Counted from the first letter of the stretch, positions 18,965-29,004 are shown. The stretch: 64,000 nucleotides of DNA from an uncultured Planctomycetota bacterium (GCA_963752285.1 CAVVXN010000005.1:1920001-1984000), one strand, 5' to 3'. Made by a program: numbers and translations. Notes: generated from the sequence alone by a model not told the origin.

Positions 18965-20107
18965 TCAGAACGGTACGGTGTCGGAGATGACCATCAGGAA
19001 GTTCGGGTGGTCGTGGAACGTGTCGATGTCGATCTCGACGTTGCCCGCCTTCTCGATCGCCTTCTTCACGGCGGCCATGTCGGTCAGCTCGATCTCGCCC
19101 GCGAGCTTCTGACGGACCAGGTCGACGCTCGCCTCGATCATCGCGATGTGCATCGAGGTCTTCCAGGTCGCGAAGCGCCCCTTCATGCCCGCGGCGTCGA
19201 CCTTCTCGGCGATCTTCTCGCGGATCTTCGCCATGTCGCCCGCGATGTCGTCGGTGATCGTGATGCCGAGCGCGCCGGGGTAGCCGTGCGTCGGGCTCGG
19301 GCAGCACTGCTCGACGAAGATCCCCCCGCCGTCGAGGGTCGCCCGGATCAACGGCTCCTGCATGGCGCAGTTCGTCGAGAAGAACGCGGTGTCCTTGCCG
19401 TACTGCGCGATCTTGCGCGGCACGTCCTCGAGGATGAACTTCTGCGAGCCCGCGATCCCCTGGTCGCCGGTCGGGTCGGGCGCGTTCGCGTCGACGAACG
19501 CGAGGCCGTCCTTCTTGCACTGCTCGCGCATGATGTCGCGGCGCTTCGCGAGGATCTCCATCGACATGTGCCGCGGGAACGTGTAGTGGACGAAGACCTT
19601 GGCCCCCATCTTCTTGGCCGAGTCGATGATCGAGACGCCGCGCTTGAGGTCGTCGGTCTGCATGACGAGGTCGGCGTACTCGGCGATCTGCTCGGGGTCC
19701 TCCTGCGGCGCGATCAGCACGAAGAGGAGGTCCTGGCGCTGACGGCGGGCCTTCTTGATCGCGGGCAGCGTTCCGGGTACGGCCTGCGCGACGACGATCG
19801 CCTTGACCTGCGGGTCCCGCGCCATCTCCATGAGCTGGGTGACCGTCGTCTCCTGCTCCGTCATGAAGTTGTCCGGGTACGTCTTGTGGATCACCTGCTC
19901 TCTGCCGTACCTCGCCTGGACGCGCTGGGCGCCGCGGTACTCGTCCTCGCCCTGCGAGACCGTACCGGTGAGGATCCCGATCTTGAACCCGAGCGGCTCG
20001 TGGCCCGGCTCGACGACGACGGCGGCGGACCTCCCGCCGCACGCGGCGAAGACGAGGGACACGGTGAGCAGGAGGGCGGACGGCGGGCGAAGGGACATCG
20101 CGGGCAC
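18965..20107 (-). CDS. DUF3798-family periplasmic binding lipoprotein
   Basis: Lipobox FAAC, KIGILTGTVSQGEDE, FVHYTFPRHMS, FFSTNCAMQEPL, EQCCPSPTHGYPGALG; alternative start ATG 20098. Confidence 0.8.
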   Translation of the reverse strand: MPAMSLRPPSALLLTVSLVFAACGGRSAAVVVEPGHEPLGFKIGILTGTVSQGEDEYRGAQRVQARYGREQVIHKTYPDNFMTEQETTVTQLMEMARDPQVKAIVVAQAVPGTLPAIKKARRQRQDLLFVLIAPQEDPEQIAEYADLVMQTDDLKRGVSIIDSAKKMGAKVFVHYTFPRHMSMEILAKRRDIMREQCKKDGLAFVDANAPDPTGDQGIAGSQKFILEDVPRKIAQYGKDTAFFSTNCAMQEPLIRATLDGGGIFVEQCCPSPTHGYPGALGITITDDIAGDMAKIREKIAEKVDAAGMKGRFATWKTSMHIAMIEASVDLVRQKLAGEIELTDMAAVKKAIEKAGNVEIDIDTFHDHPNFLMVISDTVPF

Positions 20108-20141
20108 CTCGGCGTGACGCCGCCCCGCGCGGCGATCCGGT

Positions 20142-21260
20142 TCAGTCTACAGGCCCACGCGCGGTCGGCCCGGATCGGGCGAGAGCCGGACGGCGCCCTT
20201 TCCAGGCGTGGAGCGCGAGCGTCACGCCGATGATCAGGTAGGTCGAGAACTCGCGGAGGTACTCCCCCACCTGCGCCGAGGCGAGGAGCTTCTGGCCCGC
20301 GAGCGAGACCACCACGATCAGCGTGTGGAAGAGCACCGTGCCGAGGACCGCGTGGCCGATCGTCGCGCGGGCCACGGTCGCGCCCCCCACCAGAAGGGCG
20401 GCGATGGCGTAGAAGCCCACCTGCTCGTGCGACGTGAACGTGTTCATGACCGTCATGTTCTGGAGGAAGAGGATCTGGCCGATCCCCGCGAGGACCATCG
20501 AGAACACCACCGCGAGGACGCGCCCGCGCCGGACGCCGATCCCGGCCACCTCGGCGACGTGCGGGTCCTGCCCGATCGCGCGGAGGTCCTGCCCGAGCTT
20601 GGTGCGGAAGAGGAGCCAGATCCCCACGCAGAGCAGAACCGAGCACCCCAGCGTCACGACGGGGAGCTCGCCCCAGAACCGGCCGTCGATCCGGAGCGGG
20701 ATCGACAGGACGCCGTCGACCGCGCGTTCGACCGTCGTGAGGTCGATCGTCACGCGGACGCCCATGCCCCCGCCCTCGGGCAGGAGGACGTCCCGGGCGT
20801 GGATCGGGAGCACCGGCCCCGCGAGGATCATGAACACGAACTGGTAGATGCCGGCCGCGAAGAAGCCGAGGATGATGCCCGTGATCATCTCGCGGCCCGG
20901 CGCGCGGTTGAAGAGGCGCCCGGTGGCCCACCCGAGGAGCGTCGCGATCGGGATCGAGACGATCGTCGCCACGACGATCCCGCCGACGCCGCCGATCTGC
21001 CCGTTCTGCACGACGAGGAGCCCGGCCTGGCCCGCCATGGCACCCAGCACGATCCCGAAGTTCAGGCCGAGCCCCGCGGCGATCGGAATCACGAGCGAGA
21101 GGACGAGGAAGAGGTTCCGCGCGACGCGGTCGAGAACGTCGCTCGTCACGCGCGGGAGGTCGAGGTGGGCCGTGGCGATGCCCGCCGCGCAGACCGCGAG
21201 CACGACGAGCGGCACGAGCTGGTGGCCCCCGAGGCGGAGGCGTCGCAGGTCGAGCCTCAC
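20142..21260 (-). CDS. Sugar/CUT2-type ABC transporter permease
   Basis: Polytopic; AGLGLNFGIVLGAMAG, RTKLGQDLRAIG, IAALLVGGA; GTGA overlap. Confidence 0.85.
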   Translation of the reverse strand: MRLDLRRLRLGGHQLVPLVVLAVCAAGIATAHLDLPRVTSDVLDRVARNLFLVLSLVIPIAAGLGLNFGIVLGAMAGQAGLLVVQNGQIGGVGGIVVATIVSIPIATLLGWATGRLFNRAPGREMITGIILGFFAAGIYQFVFMILAGPVLPIHARDVLLPEGGGMGVRVTIDLTTVERAVDGVLSIPLRIDGRFWGELPVVTLGCSVLLCVGIWLLFRTKLGQDLRAIGQDPHVAEVAGIGVRRGRVLAVVFSMVLAGIGQILFLQNMTVMNTFTSHEQVGFYAIAALLVGGATVARATIGHAVLGTVLFHTLIVVVSLAGQKLLASAQVGEYLREFSTYLIIGVTLALHAWKGRRPALARSGPTARGPVD

Positions 21261-22459
21261 GACGACCTCCGCACGACGCGCGTCAACGCGTACAGGATCA
21301 CCCCGTTCTGGATCACGAGACGGGCGATCTCGGGCAGGTTCGCGAGGGCCCGCCTGTAGGGGCTGCTCTGGACGAGGTCGTTCACGACCGGGAGCGACGT
21401 CGTCAAGAGCGACTGGAAGAGGAAGGTCCCGACGATCGCGTGGAAGACCGTGGCGCGCCGGAGCGACGCGCCGCCGAGCAGGAGCGACGCGACGGCGGGG
21501 AAGGCCATCCAGAGGGGCGCCTTGTAGAGCTGGTAGAAGCCGTAGGACTGGGAGTAGACGAGGATCCCGACCGCGGCGAGCACCGTCGAGAGGACGATCG
21601 AGAGCACGCGCATCCGCGGCACCGAGACGCCGATCGAGGTCGCGTACCGCGGGTTGGAGCCGGCGACGGTCAACGCGGTCCCGAGGCGCGTGCGGAGGAA
21701 GACCGCGACGGCCGCACACGCGCCGAGCCAGTAGAGCAGGAGCCCGGTCGGTACGTAGAAGCCCGGCGGGCGCGTGAGCGCGCCCGGCGCCTCCTTGGCC
21801 GTCGCCCCCCACGAGCCGAAGTCGATCTCGCCGAACGAGTCGAGGATCCACTTGTAGTGGGCGTCGAGGACCAGCGTGTTCCTCACGCCGCTCCCGCCGA
21901 TGGGCCAGATCAGCTCGGGGCTGGTCACGGGCGCGACGAGCCAGACCACGCACATCCCGGCCACCGCGCCGAATCCCACGTAGATCCCGACCATCATCTC
22001 CTGTCCGCGCACGCGCTCGAGGAGCCAGCCGTAGCCGAGCCCGAGGAGCGCGCCGAGCGGGATCGCCACGAGGTGGGCCAGCGCGAACCCCGAGAGCCCG
22101 CGCGCATACGCCGAGAGTGACGACAGCGCGGCGATCCCGAACGGCGTCGTGGCCGTCAGCTCCATCACCGCGATCCCGCCGACGAGGCCGCAGACGATCC
22201 CCAGCGGGAGCCCGAAGTTCAGGCCGTTCCCCGCGCGGACGGGGAGCACGAGCGCCAGCACGAGCACGCCGTTCATGCCCGTCCGGACGAGGCAGTCGCC
22301 CAACAGCGTCCCGAGGTCGTTCGACGTGAAGGCCGCCGCGACGACCCAGATGACGGCGAGGAACAGGACGATGATCCACCGCGCGAGCCCGAACGCGCGC
22401 GTCCCGTCCGCCAGGCGCTCGAGGAACGCGCGCGGGGCGATGTCGGAGCCTCCCCTCAC
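21257..22459 (-). CDS. Sugar/CUT2-type ABC transporter permease
   Basis: AGNGLNFGLPLG, RTRLGTAL, AVASLLLGGA; GTGA overlap with the ATPase stop. Confidence 0.85.
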   Translation of the reverse strand: MRGGSDIAPRAFLERLADGTRAFGLARWIIVLFLAVIWVVAAAFTSNDLGTLLGDCLVRTGMNGVLVLALVLPVRAGNGLNFGLPLGIVCGLVGGIAVMELTATTPFGIAALSSLSAYARGLSGFALAHLVAIPLGALLGLGYGWLLERVRGQEMMVGIYVGFGAVAGMCVVWLVAPVTSPELIWPIGGSGVRNTLVLDAHYKWILDSFGEIDFGSWGATAKEAPGALTRPPGFYVPTGLLLYWLGACAAVAVFLRTRLGTALTVAGSNPRYATSIGVSVPRMRVLSIVLSTVLAAVGILVYSQSYGFYQLYKAPLWMAFPAVASLLLGGASLRRATVFHAIVGTFLFQSLLTTSLPVVNDLVQSSPYRRALANLPEIARLVIQNGVILYALTRVVRRSS

Positions 22460-24066
22460 GCGGCCTCCCCCGACATGAGGAGCCCGAAGCGCGCGTCCGG
22501 GGCGTCGGGCGGGAGGACCCCCGCGATCCTCCCTTCGCTCACGATCGCGATGCGGTGGCAGATCGACCTGAGCTCCGCCAGCTCGCTCGACGTCATGACG
22601 ATGGTCAGGCCCTCTTCGCGGTTCTGGCGCACGAGCCGGTCGAGCACGAGCGCTTTCGCGCCCACGTCGATGCCGCGCGTCGGCTCCGAGACGAGCAAAA
22701 TGCGCGGCGCGAGGGCCAATGCGCGTGCGAGGCACACCTTCTGCTGGTTCCCGCCCGAGAGACGCCGGACGGCCTGCGACGGACCCGTCGTGCGGATGTC
22801 GAGGTCCTCGATCCAGCGGCGCGCCGCGGCGCGCACGGCGCGGCGGTCCACCCACGCGAGCGGCCCGAGCCAGCGGGCCCGGAGGAACGCGTGCCGCACC
22901 TCGACCGAGGGGAGGGCGACGTTCACGTCGAGGGGCTCGTCGAGGAGGAGCCCGACGCCGCGACGGTCCTCGCTCACGAAGGCGAGGCCGAGCGCGTGCG
23001 CGGCGCGCGGGCTGCCGAGCGAGAGCGGCCGCCCCTCCACGACGACCTCCCCCGTCGCGGGAACGAGCCCCATCAGACCGTTCGCGACGCCGAGCTTCCC
23101 CTGGCCGGCGAGGCCGCCGATGCCGAGGATCTCGCCGTTCCGGACCTCGAGGTCCACGCCGCGCACGATCTCTCCGGGCATGTCCACGCGAAGCCCCCGC
23201 ACCGCGAGGGCCACGCCCGACGACGCCGCCGGCGGGGTCGGCGCCGAGCCCGCCTCGAGCGCGCGCCCCACCATCTTCGCGGCGATCTCCTCGATCGACG
23301 TCTCGTGTGTCGGCCCCACGAACACGCGTCGGCCGTCGCGGAGGATCGTCACGCGGTCGGCCACGGCCAGGACCTCGTGGAGGCGGTGGGTGATGAAGAG
23401 GATCGCGACGCCCTCCTTTGCGAGGCGACGCATCACGTCGAGGAGGCGCGAAGCCTCGTCCTCGGTCAGCACCGCGGTCGGCTCGTCGAACACGAGCACG
23501 CGCGTCCCTTCCTTGTCGATCTCCCGCGCGATCTCGACGAGCTGCTTGTGCCCGACGGGGAGCCCTCCCACGACGACGCCCGGCCCCACCTCGAGGCCCG
23601 CGCGCTCGAGACTCGCCTCCGTGTCGCGCGTCATGCGCGGCCGGTCGAGTAGCTGGAGGATCCGTCCCCACGTGGTGCCGACGACGGGCTCGCGGCCGAG
23701 CTTCACGTTCTCCGCCACCGTGAAGCCGGGGAGCAGCATGAACTCCTGGTGGACCATGCCGATCCCGAGCGCCATCGCCTCGCGGGGCGACCGCACCACG
23801 ACGGCCTCGCCCCCGATCTCGACGGTCCCCTCGAAGCCGCCCGTCGCGTGGACGACGGGCATGCCGAAGAGCACGTTCATGAGCGTGGACTTGCCCGCGC
23901 CGTTCTCGCCGACGAGCGCGTGGACCTCGCCGGGCCCGACCTCGAGGTCCACGCCGTCCAGCACGACGGTGCCGTGGTACGCCTTGCGGATCCCGCGCAG
24001 GGCGAGCGCGGGCGCCGAGGCCCGGGCGTCCGTTGCGGAAGCTGCTGCTGTCCGGTCCTCGCCCAT
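22456..24066 (-). CDS. Sugar ABC transporter ATP-binding protein (two NBDs)
   Basis: GENGAGKST, DEPTA, LSGGNQQKV, EPTRGIDVGAK. Confidence 0.92.
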   Translation of the reverse strand: MGEDRTAAASATDARASAPALALRGIRKAYHGTVVLDGVDLEVGPGEVHALVGENGAGKSTLMNVLFGMPVVHATGGFEGTVEIGGEAVVVRSPREAMALGIGMVHQEFMLLPGFTVAENVKLGREPVVGTTWGRILQLLDRPRMTRDTEASLERAGLEVGPGVVVGGLPVGHKQLVEIAREIDKEGTRVLVFDEPTAVLTEDEASRLLDVMRRLAKEGVAILFITHRLHEVLAVADRVTILRDGRRVFVGPTHETSIEEIAAKMVGRALEAGSAPTPPAASSGVALAVRGLRVDMPGEIVRGVDLEVRNGEILGIGGLAGQGKLGVANGLMGLVPATGEVVVEGRPLSLGSPRAAHALGLAFVSEDRRGVGLLLDEPLDVNVALPSVEVRHAFLRARWLGPLAWVDRRAVRAAARRWIEDLDIRTTGPSQAVRRLSGGNQQKVCLARALALAPRILLVSEPTRGIDVGAKALVLDRLVRQNREEGLTIVMTSSELAELRSICHRIAIVSEGRIAGVLPPDAPDARFGLLMSGEAA

Positions 24067-24074
24067 CGCGGCGA

Positions 24075-24080
24075 AGGGTA
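24075..24080 (-). promoter_or_regulatory. Putative -10 element TACCCT, leaderless-type
   Basis: 8 nt upstream of ATG 24066. Confidence 0.45.
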
Positions 24081-24249
24081 CCGCGCGCCCGCCCCGATCG
24101 GAGCACGGAACGGCTCCCACGAGGGAGCGCGGCGTAACGGGAGCAGGAGCGGGGAGCGCGCGGGTCCCCGCGGGCGACGGCGCCGGCGCTCTTGCCGATC
24201 CCGGAGTCTTGGCCCGCCGAGACGAGGGGCTACGACTCCGCCCATGGTC

Positions 24250-26028
24250 TCAGGCGTCGTCGAACGTCTCGCCCGGCTCGAGGCGTCGGACCGTGCCGTT
24301 CTCGACGACGAGGCGGAGGTCGCACGACGCGAGCGTCTCGATCCGGTGGGCGATCGTGAACGTCGTCCGTCCTCGCATCAGGCGGTCGAGCGCGGCCATC
24401 ACCTCGGCCTCGGTCTCGCGGTCGAGCGCGCTCGTGGGCTCGTCGAGGATCAGCACCGGTGCGTCGCGCAGGAACGCGCGGGCCAAGGCGATCCGCTGGC
24501 GCTCCCCGCCCGAGAGGCGCATGCCGCGTTGTCCCACCGGGGTCTCGTACCCCTTCGGCAGCGCGGACACGAACTCGTGCGCCGCCGCCGCCCGCGCGGC
24601 GGCCTCGATCTCGTCCGCCGAGGCGTCGGGTCGCCCGTAGGCGATGTTCTCGCGCACCGTGCCGGCGAAGAGGACGCTCTCCTGCAGCACGATCGAGAAC
24701 TGGCGCCTCAGGTCGCGGAGCTTCAGGTCGCGAAGGTCGACGCCGTCGAGGCGGATCGTCCCGGACGTGGGGTCGTGGAGCCGCGGCAGGAGCCCCAGGA
24801 GCGTGCTCTTCCCCGAACCGGTCCGTCCCGCGATGCCGACGCGCGCGCCCGCGGGCACCTGGAGCGAGAGGTGGCGCAGCACCTCGGCGCCGTCCTGGTA
24901 CCCGAACGACACGTCCTCGAACGTGAAGGCGCCCTCGGCCCGGTCGAGGGACCTCGCGCCCGGTCGCTCCACCGTCTCGGGCTCCTCGTCCAGGACCGCG
25001 AAGACGCGCGCCGCGCTCGCGAGCGATCGTTGAAGGGCCCCCATGCGCGTGCCGAGGTCGCGGAGGGGCGCGACGAGCTGCGACAGGTACGCGATCACCA
25101 ACAACAGCTCGCCGAGCGTGACGGCCCCGGCCTCCACGTGCCGCGCGCCGAGGTAGAGGACGGCGGCGCCGATGACTCCCGTGACGAGGCCGGCGATCAG
25201 GTCGAAGGTGCCGTGCGCGAGCACCGCGCCGAGCGCGGCGCGGAGGCCCGCCTCCGCGCGAACGTAGAAGCGGCCGCGCTCGCGATCCTCGGCACCGAAG
25301 GTCTTGACGACCCGGAGCGCGCCGAGGGCCTGCTCGGCCGCGGCGATCGCCGAGCTCTCCTCCTCGCGAACCGTCGCCCAGCGGCGGCGGAGCCCGCGCC
25401 TGAACAGCTCCGTCACGCCGAAGAGGACCGGACCTCCCAGCAGCGCCACCAGCGCGAGCACGAGGTCGAGGCGCGCCGTCGCGTAGATCAGCACCGCCAC
25501 CTTCGCGAGCGAGGTCGCGAACGGGATCCAGCCCTCGACCGCGACGGCCTGGATGGCGGGCGCGTCCTGCTGGAGGCGGTAGACCGCGTCCGCCACCCCC
25601 CGGCGGTCGTGGAAGGCGATGGAGAGACGCTGCAGGTGCTCGAGCAGTCGGCTCCGGAAGCCGAGGATCAGCTTCTGCCCGACGTACGTCTCGAGCGTCC
25701 AGGAGAGGAGCGACTGGACCTGGAGGAGGAGGGCGAGGACGACCGTCGCGACGGCGGACGCCACCAGGAGGGTGTTCGGGTCGGCGATCCAGGCGTCGGG
25801 GAGGAAGCGTTGCAGCCACGCCGGCACGGGCTCCCGGGCGAGCACGTGGTCCACGACGACCTTGACCGGGAGCGGCATGAGGAGCGCCAGGGGCGCGCCG
25901 AGGAGTCGCAGGAGGAAGGCGAGCGAGAGCCCCGGCAGGAACGGCCGCGCCTCGGCGAGGAGCCGGCGGGAGAGGACGAGGTCGCCGTACGTCCGCGGCG
26001 TGTCGGTCGGGGCCGGGGGCGCGGTCAT
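24250..26028 (-). CDS. ABC exporter, fused permease/ATPase (MsbA-like)
   Basis: Transmembrane domain, then GRTGSGKST, LSGGERQR, DEPTSALD, IAHR. GGAGGAGG RBS and TACAAT upstream. Confidence 0.9.
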   Translation of the reverse strand: MTAPPAPTDTPRTYGDLVLSRRLLAEARPFLPGLSLAFLLRLLGAPLALLMPLPVKVVVDHVLAREPVPAWLQRFLPDAWIADPNTLLVASAVATVVLALLLQVQSLLSWTLETYVGQKLILGFRSRLLEHLQRLSIAFHDRRGVADAVYRLQQDAPAIQAVAVEGWIPFATSLAKVAVLIYATARLDLVLALVALLGGPVLFGVTELFRRGLRRRWATVREEESSAIAAAEQALGALRVVKTFGAEDRERGRFYVRAEAGLRAALGAVLAHGTFDLIAGLVTGVIGAAVLYLGARHVEAGAVTLGELLLVIAYLSQLVAPLRDLGTRMGALQRSLASAARVFAVLDEEPETVERPGARSLDRAEGAFTFEDVSFGYQDGAEVLRHLSLQVPAGARVGIAGRTGSGKSTLLGLLPRLHDPTSGTIRLDGVDLRDLKLRDLRRQFSIVLQESVLFAGTVRENIAYGRPDASADEIEAAARAAAAHEFVSALPKGYETPVGQRGMRLSGGERQRIALARAFLRDAPVLILDEPTSALDRETEAEVMAALDRLMRGRTTFTIAHRIETLASCDLRLVVENGTVRRLEPGETFDDA

Positions 26029-26258
26029 CCACCCTCCTCCCGCCCTCTGTCGCGCGGGGGCCGCGGATTGTAGGGGGCGCCGGCCCGGCGCTCGCGCCGG
26101 GGTGGCCGGTCGCGCCATCCTGCGCCCGCGGGGACGACGCGGCTCGCGGCAAGGCGCCCCGCGCCAGGGGAACGCGATGGTGGAGCGCACGAGGGGACGG
26201 CGCCCCGGGGACGAAGCCATGGGCCTCCCTCGACGGAGCCCCGAACCGACCGCCTCCG

Positions 26259-26274
26259 GATTCCACGTGGAACG
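26259..26274. promoter_or_regulatory. parS-like palindrome GATTCCACGTGGAACG
   Basis: Perfect core TTCCACGTGGAA; 13/16 match to TGTTCCACGTGGAACA; intergenic. Confidence 0.4.
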
Positions 26275-26935
26275 AAGCCCGGACGGCCTGGTCTCGGCGG
26301 ATGCCGCGACCGTCGAGGAGGTCTACGGACAAGGCGGTCGAACTGCGGTCGGTTCGGCAACGCCGTATGCTTCCAGCCGCGGCGGAACCCGAGGCGCCAT
26401 GGCGGAGAGTCCCATGCGCGTCGTCGGGGAAGATCGCTTTCGCCTGTGGCGGCGACCCGTAACAGAGTGAGCTGCGTGACCCCATTCCAAACCCTCTTGA
26501 TCACCGACCAGACCCTCTCCCCCTCTCCCGAGGGTTCGAGAGGAAGGCGTACGGTTGGTGAGTTGAATGGCTGGTCGCCAGCCGGAAAGCCCAAGAAGTC
26601 CACCGTCCGCCAGGCCCGCGGTTCTGGCCCTCGCGGGCGCCCGTCCGGACCGGTTCTCTCCGCGTGCTCTCGTGCCTCTCAGGGGCGCATGCGAAGAGGT
26701 GGCTCCACGGGGAACACACGCCCGCGAGCACGCTCTGCTCGCGAAAGGCGCTGGGGACGCGATCACGGAGCGAACCCGGCTGTGCGTCACGGACGTCGGC
26801 TCTCGCCGATGCCACCCCGATCTGCGCCGATCCCGAATCAGAACGCGCGAAGCAACGGATTCCGCGGCTCTGTGCGCACGGGTTCGGCGGCGAGGGCTGG
26901 AGAGCCGGCCGCACGCTCCCGTGCTACGCCACCGG

Positions 26936-27151
26936 TCACTCCTGGCCGTTGACCTCATCCGTCACGATGCCCTCATCGACGTACCGCACCGAGAGCTCCT
27001 CGAGGTGGTCCATGATCGACTCGAAGGTCATCCCGCCGCAATGGTACGTGCACACCGGGTCGGCCTCGAGGTGGATGCCCGCGATGTGGAGGCCGTACCC
27101 ACCGCCGTTGACGTCAACGTGCGCATGGTAGGCATCGACGAGCCGCGCCAC
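26936..27151 (-). pseudogene. Short ORF or gene remnant just downstream of tRNA-Phe
   Basis: VARLVDAYHAHVDVNGGGYGLHIAGIHLEADPVCTYHCGG...; coding-like third-position GC bias but no clear start or RBS. Confidence 0.4.
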
Positions 27152-27234
27152 GTTGGGCCAGGCGTGTCCTGGCCCGGCGCCTCGGTGGAATGGCGAAAAA
27201 CACGCCAGCGGGTTCGAAGTCTGCGGGAAAGAGG

Positions 27235-27310
27235 TGGTGGTCAGGGCCGGAGTTGAACCGGCGACCCCAGCATTTTCAGTGCTGTGCTCTACCAGCTGAG
27301 CTACCTGACC
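27235..27310 (-). tRNA. tRNA-Phe (GAA)
   Basis: GGTCAGGTAGCTCAGCTGGTAGAGCACAGCACTGAAAATGCTGGGGTCGCCGGTTCAACTCCGGCCCTGACCACCA: full cloverleaf, GAA anticodon, encoded CCA. Confidence 0.97.
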
Positions 27311-27523
27311 ACGCGGCGGCGGGGGGATTCGATACCACGAACGGGACCGGCCCTCGGAGGGTTTTCGCGCCCGCGGCGCGCCACGCGCGGTCGGTCGGCC
27401 GCGGAGGATCCCGGGGCAGGCGGCCCGGGCCGACGGGGCCACGCCGAGGACCCGCCGAGGAACCGGCGAGGAACCGCGGAGCCTCCGCGGAGGGGCCCTC
27501 CCGCGAGCCGACGAACCCGCGCG

Positions 27524-28462
27524 TCAGGGCCCGAGCGAGGCGACGTCCTCGCGGATCTGGCGGATCAGCGCCTCCTGGTCGGGGAACGTCCGTTCGTCGC
27601 GGAGCTTCCGGACCAGCTCCACCTCGATCCGCTCGCCGTAGAGGTCGGTCTCGAGACCCGGGACGTGCACCTCGAGCACCGTCGGGCGTGCGCCCCCCTG
27701 CGCCGCGAAGGTCGGGCGCACGCCGATGTTCGCGACCGCGGCGTACCGCTCGCCGCGCACGCGCGCGACCACCTGGTACACGCCGCGCGGCGGGAGGATC
27801 TCGCCCTCGGGATCGACGTTCGCCGTCGGGAAGCCGAGCGCGCGTCCCCGCCCGTCGCCCCGGACCACGCGTCCGTAGATCGCCGGGGCCCGGCCGAGCA
27901 TCTCGCTCGCGGCCCTGAGCTCGCCCGACTCGATCGCGTCGCGGATCCGGCTCGACGAGATCGGCTGGCCGTCCAGCGAGATCGGCGGCGCCTCCTCGAC
28001 AACGAAGCCGAGGGCCTCGCCGAGCGGCCAGAGCCTCTCGGCCGTGCCCGCTCCGTCGTGGCCGAACCGGCCGTTGTAGCCGAACAGCAGACCGACGACG
28101 CCCAGACGCTCGACGAGCACCTCGCTCGTGAAGCGCTCGTACGTCATCTGCCGCGTGTCGTCGTCGAACGGAAGGACGACGGTCTGATCGACGCCGAGTC
28201 GCTCGAGCAGCACGAGCCGGTGCTCGAGCGAGAGGATGCTCCTCGGTGCGACGCCCTCGATCACCGCGCGCGGATGGGTGTCGAACGTCACCACCACCGC
28301 CTCGCCGTGCAGGCGGTCGGCCATCGCCCTCAGGTGCTCGATCAGATGGCGGTGGCCGCGGTGCATCCCGTCGAACACGCCCACGGTCGCGACGGGGCGG
28401 GCGAAGGAACGCGGCGCGAGATCCTCGAGCCCGTAGCGCCGGCGCATGCGCCCCTCGTCCAT
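27524..28462 (-). CDS. ribF: Bifunctional riboflavin kinase / FAD synthetase
   Basis: GVFDGMHRGH, TFDTHP, ISSSRIR, GRALGFPTAN, NIGVRPTF, LEVH; alternative start 28447. Confidence 0.95.
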   Translation of the reverse strand: MDEGRMRRRYGLEDLAPRSFARPVATVGVFDGMHRGHRHLIEHLRAMADRLHGEAVVVTFDTHPRAVIEGVAPRSILSLEHRLVLLERLGVDQTVVLPFDDDTRQMTYERFTSEVLVERLGVVGLLFGYNGRFGHDGAGTAERLWPLGEALGFVVEEAPPISLDGQPISSSRIRDAIESGELRAASEMLGRAPAIYGRVVRGDGRGRALGFPTANVDPEGEILPPRGVYQVVARVRGERYAAVANIGVRPTFAAQGGARPTVLEVHVPGLETDLYGERIEVELVRKLRDERTFPDQEALIRQIREDVASLGP

Positions 28463-28478
28463 CGACGCGCGCCCTCTT

Positions 28479-28991
28479 TCAGACCGACCGTGCCGTGTGG
28501 TGCTGGCGGAGCTGCTCGAGCTGCCCCTCGATCCGGGCGCGCGACTCCGGCACCATCCGGTCGATGAAGACCCGGCCGTCGAGGTGATCGAGCTCGTGCT
28601 GGAAGACCCGCGCCACGAACCCCGCGAGCTCGATGTCGCGCTCCCGGAACTCGAGGTCGCGGTACCGGACGTGCACCACCGTCGCGCGGGGCACGATGCC
28701 GTAGATCCCGGGAAAGGAGAGGCAGCCCTCCTCCCCGTGCTCCGAGCCCTCGGCGGCGACCACCTCGGGGTTCAGGACGACCTCCTCGTCGCCGGGCTCC
28801 CCGGAGGGGCAGACGAGCATCAGGCGCTTCGCCAACCCGACCTGGGGGGCGGCCAGACCGACGCCCCGCGACTCGAACATGACGCGCCGCATCTCGCCCA
28901 CGACCTGGCGGAGCTCGTCGTCGACGCCGGGCAGCGCTCGCGTCCCCGCGAGCAGGACCGGGTCGGGCCAGAGGACGATCTCGATAGGCAT
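28479..28991 (-). CDS. def: Peptide deformylase
   Basis: GVGLAAPQVG, EGCLSFP, QHELDHLDG. Confidence 0.96.
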   Translation of the reverse strand: MPIEIVLWPDPVLLAGTRALPGVDDELRQVVGEMRRVMFESRGVGLAAPQVGLAKRLMLVCPSGEPGDEEVVLNPEVVAAEGSEHGEEGCLSFPGIYGIVPRATVVHVRYRDLEFRERDIELAGFVARVFQHELDHLDGRVFIDRMVPESRARIEGQLEQLRQHHTARSV

Positions 28992-28998
28992 CGAACGG

Positions 28999-29004
28999 AT
29001 GGTA
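28999..29004 (-). promoter_or_regulatory. Putative -10 element TACCAT, leaderless-type
   Basis: 7 nt upstream of the def ATG at 28991. Confidence 0.5.

Noticed and set aside
26090..27310. Intact prophage or integrative element at tRNA-Phe
   Set aside because: No integrase, phage genes or att duplication found; reported only as a possible scar.
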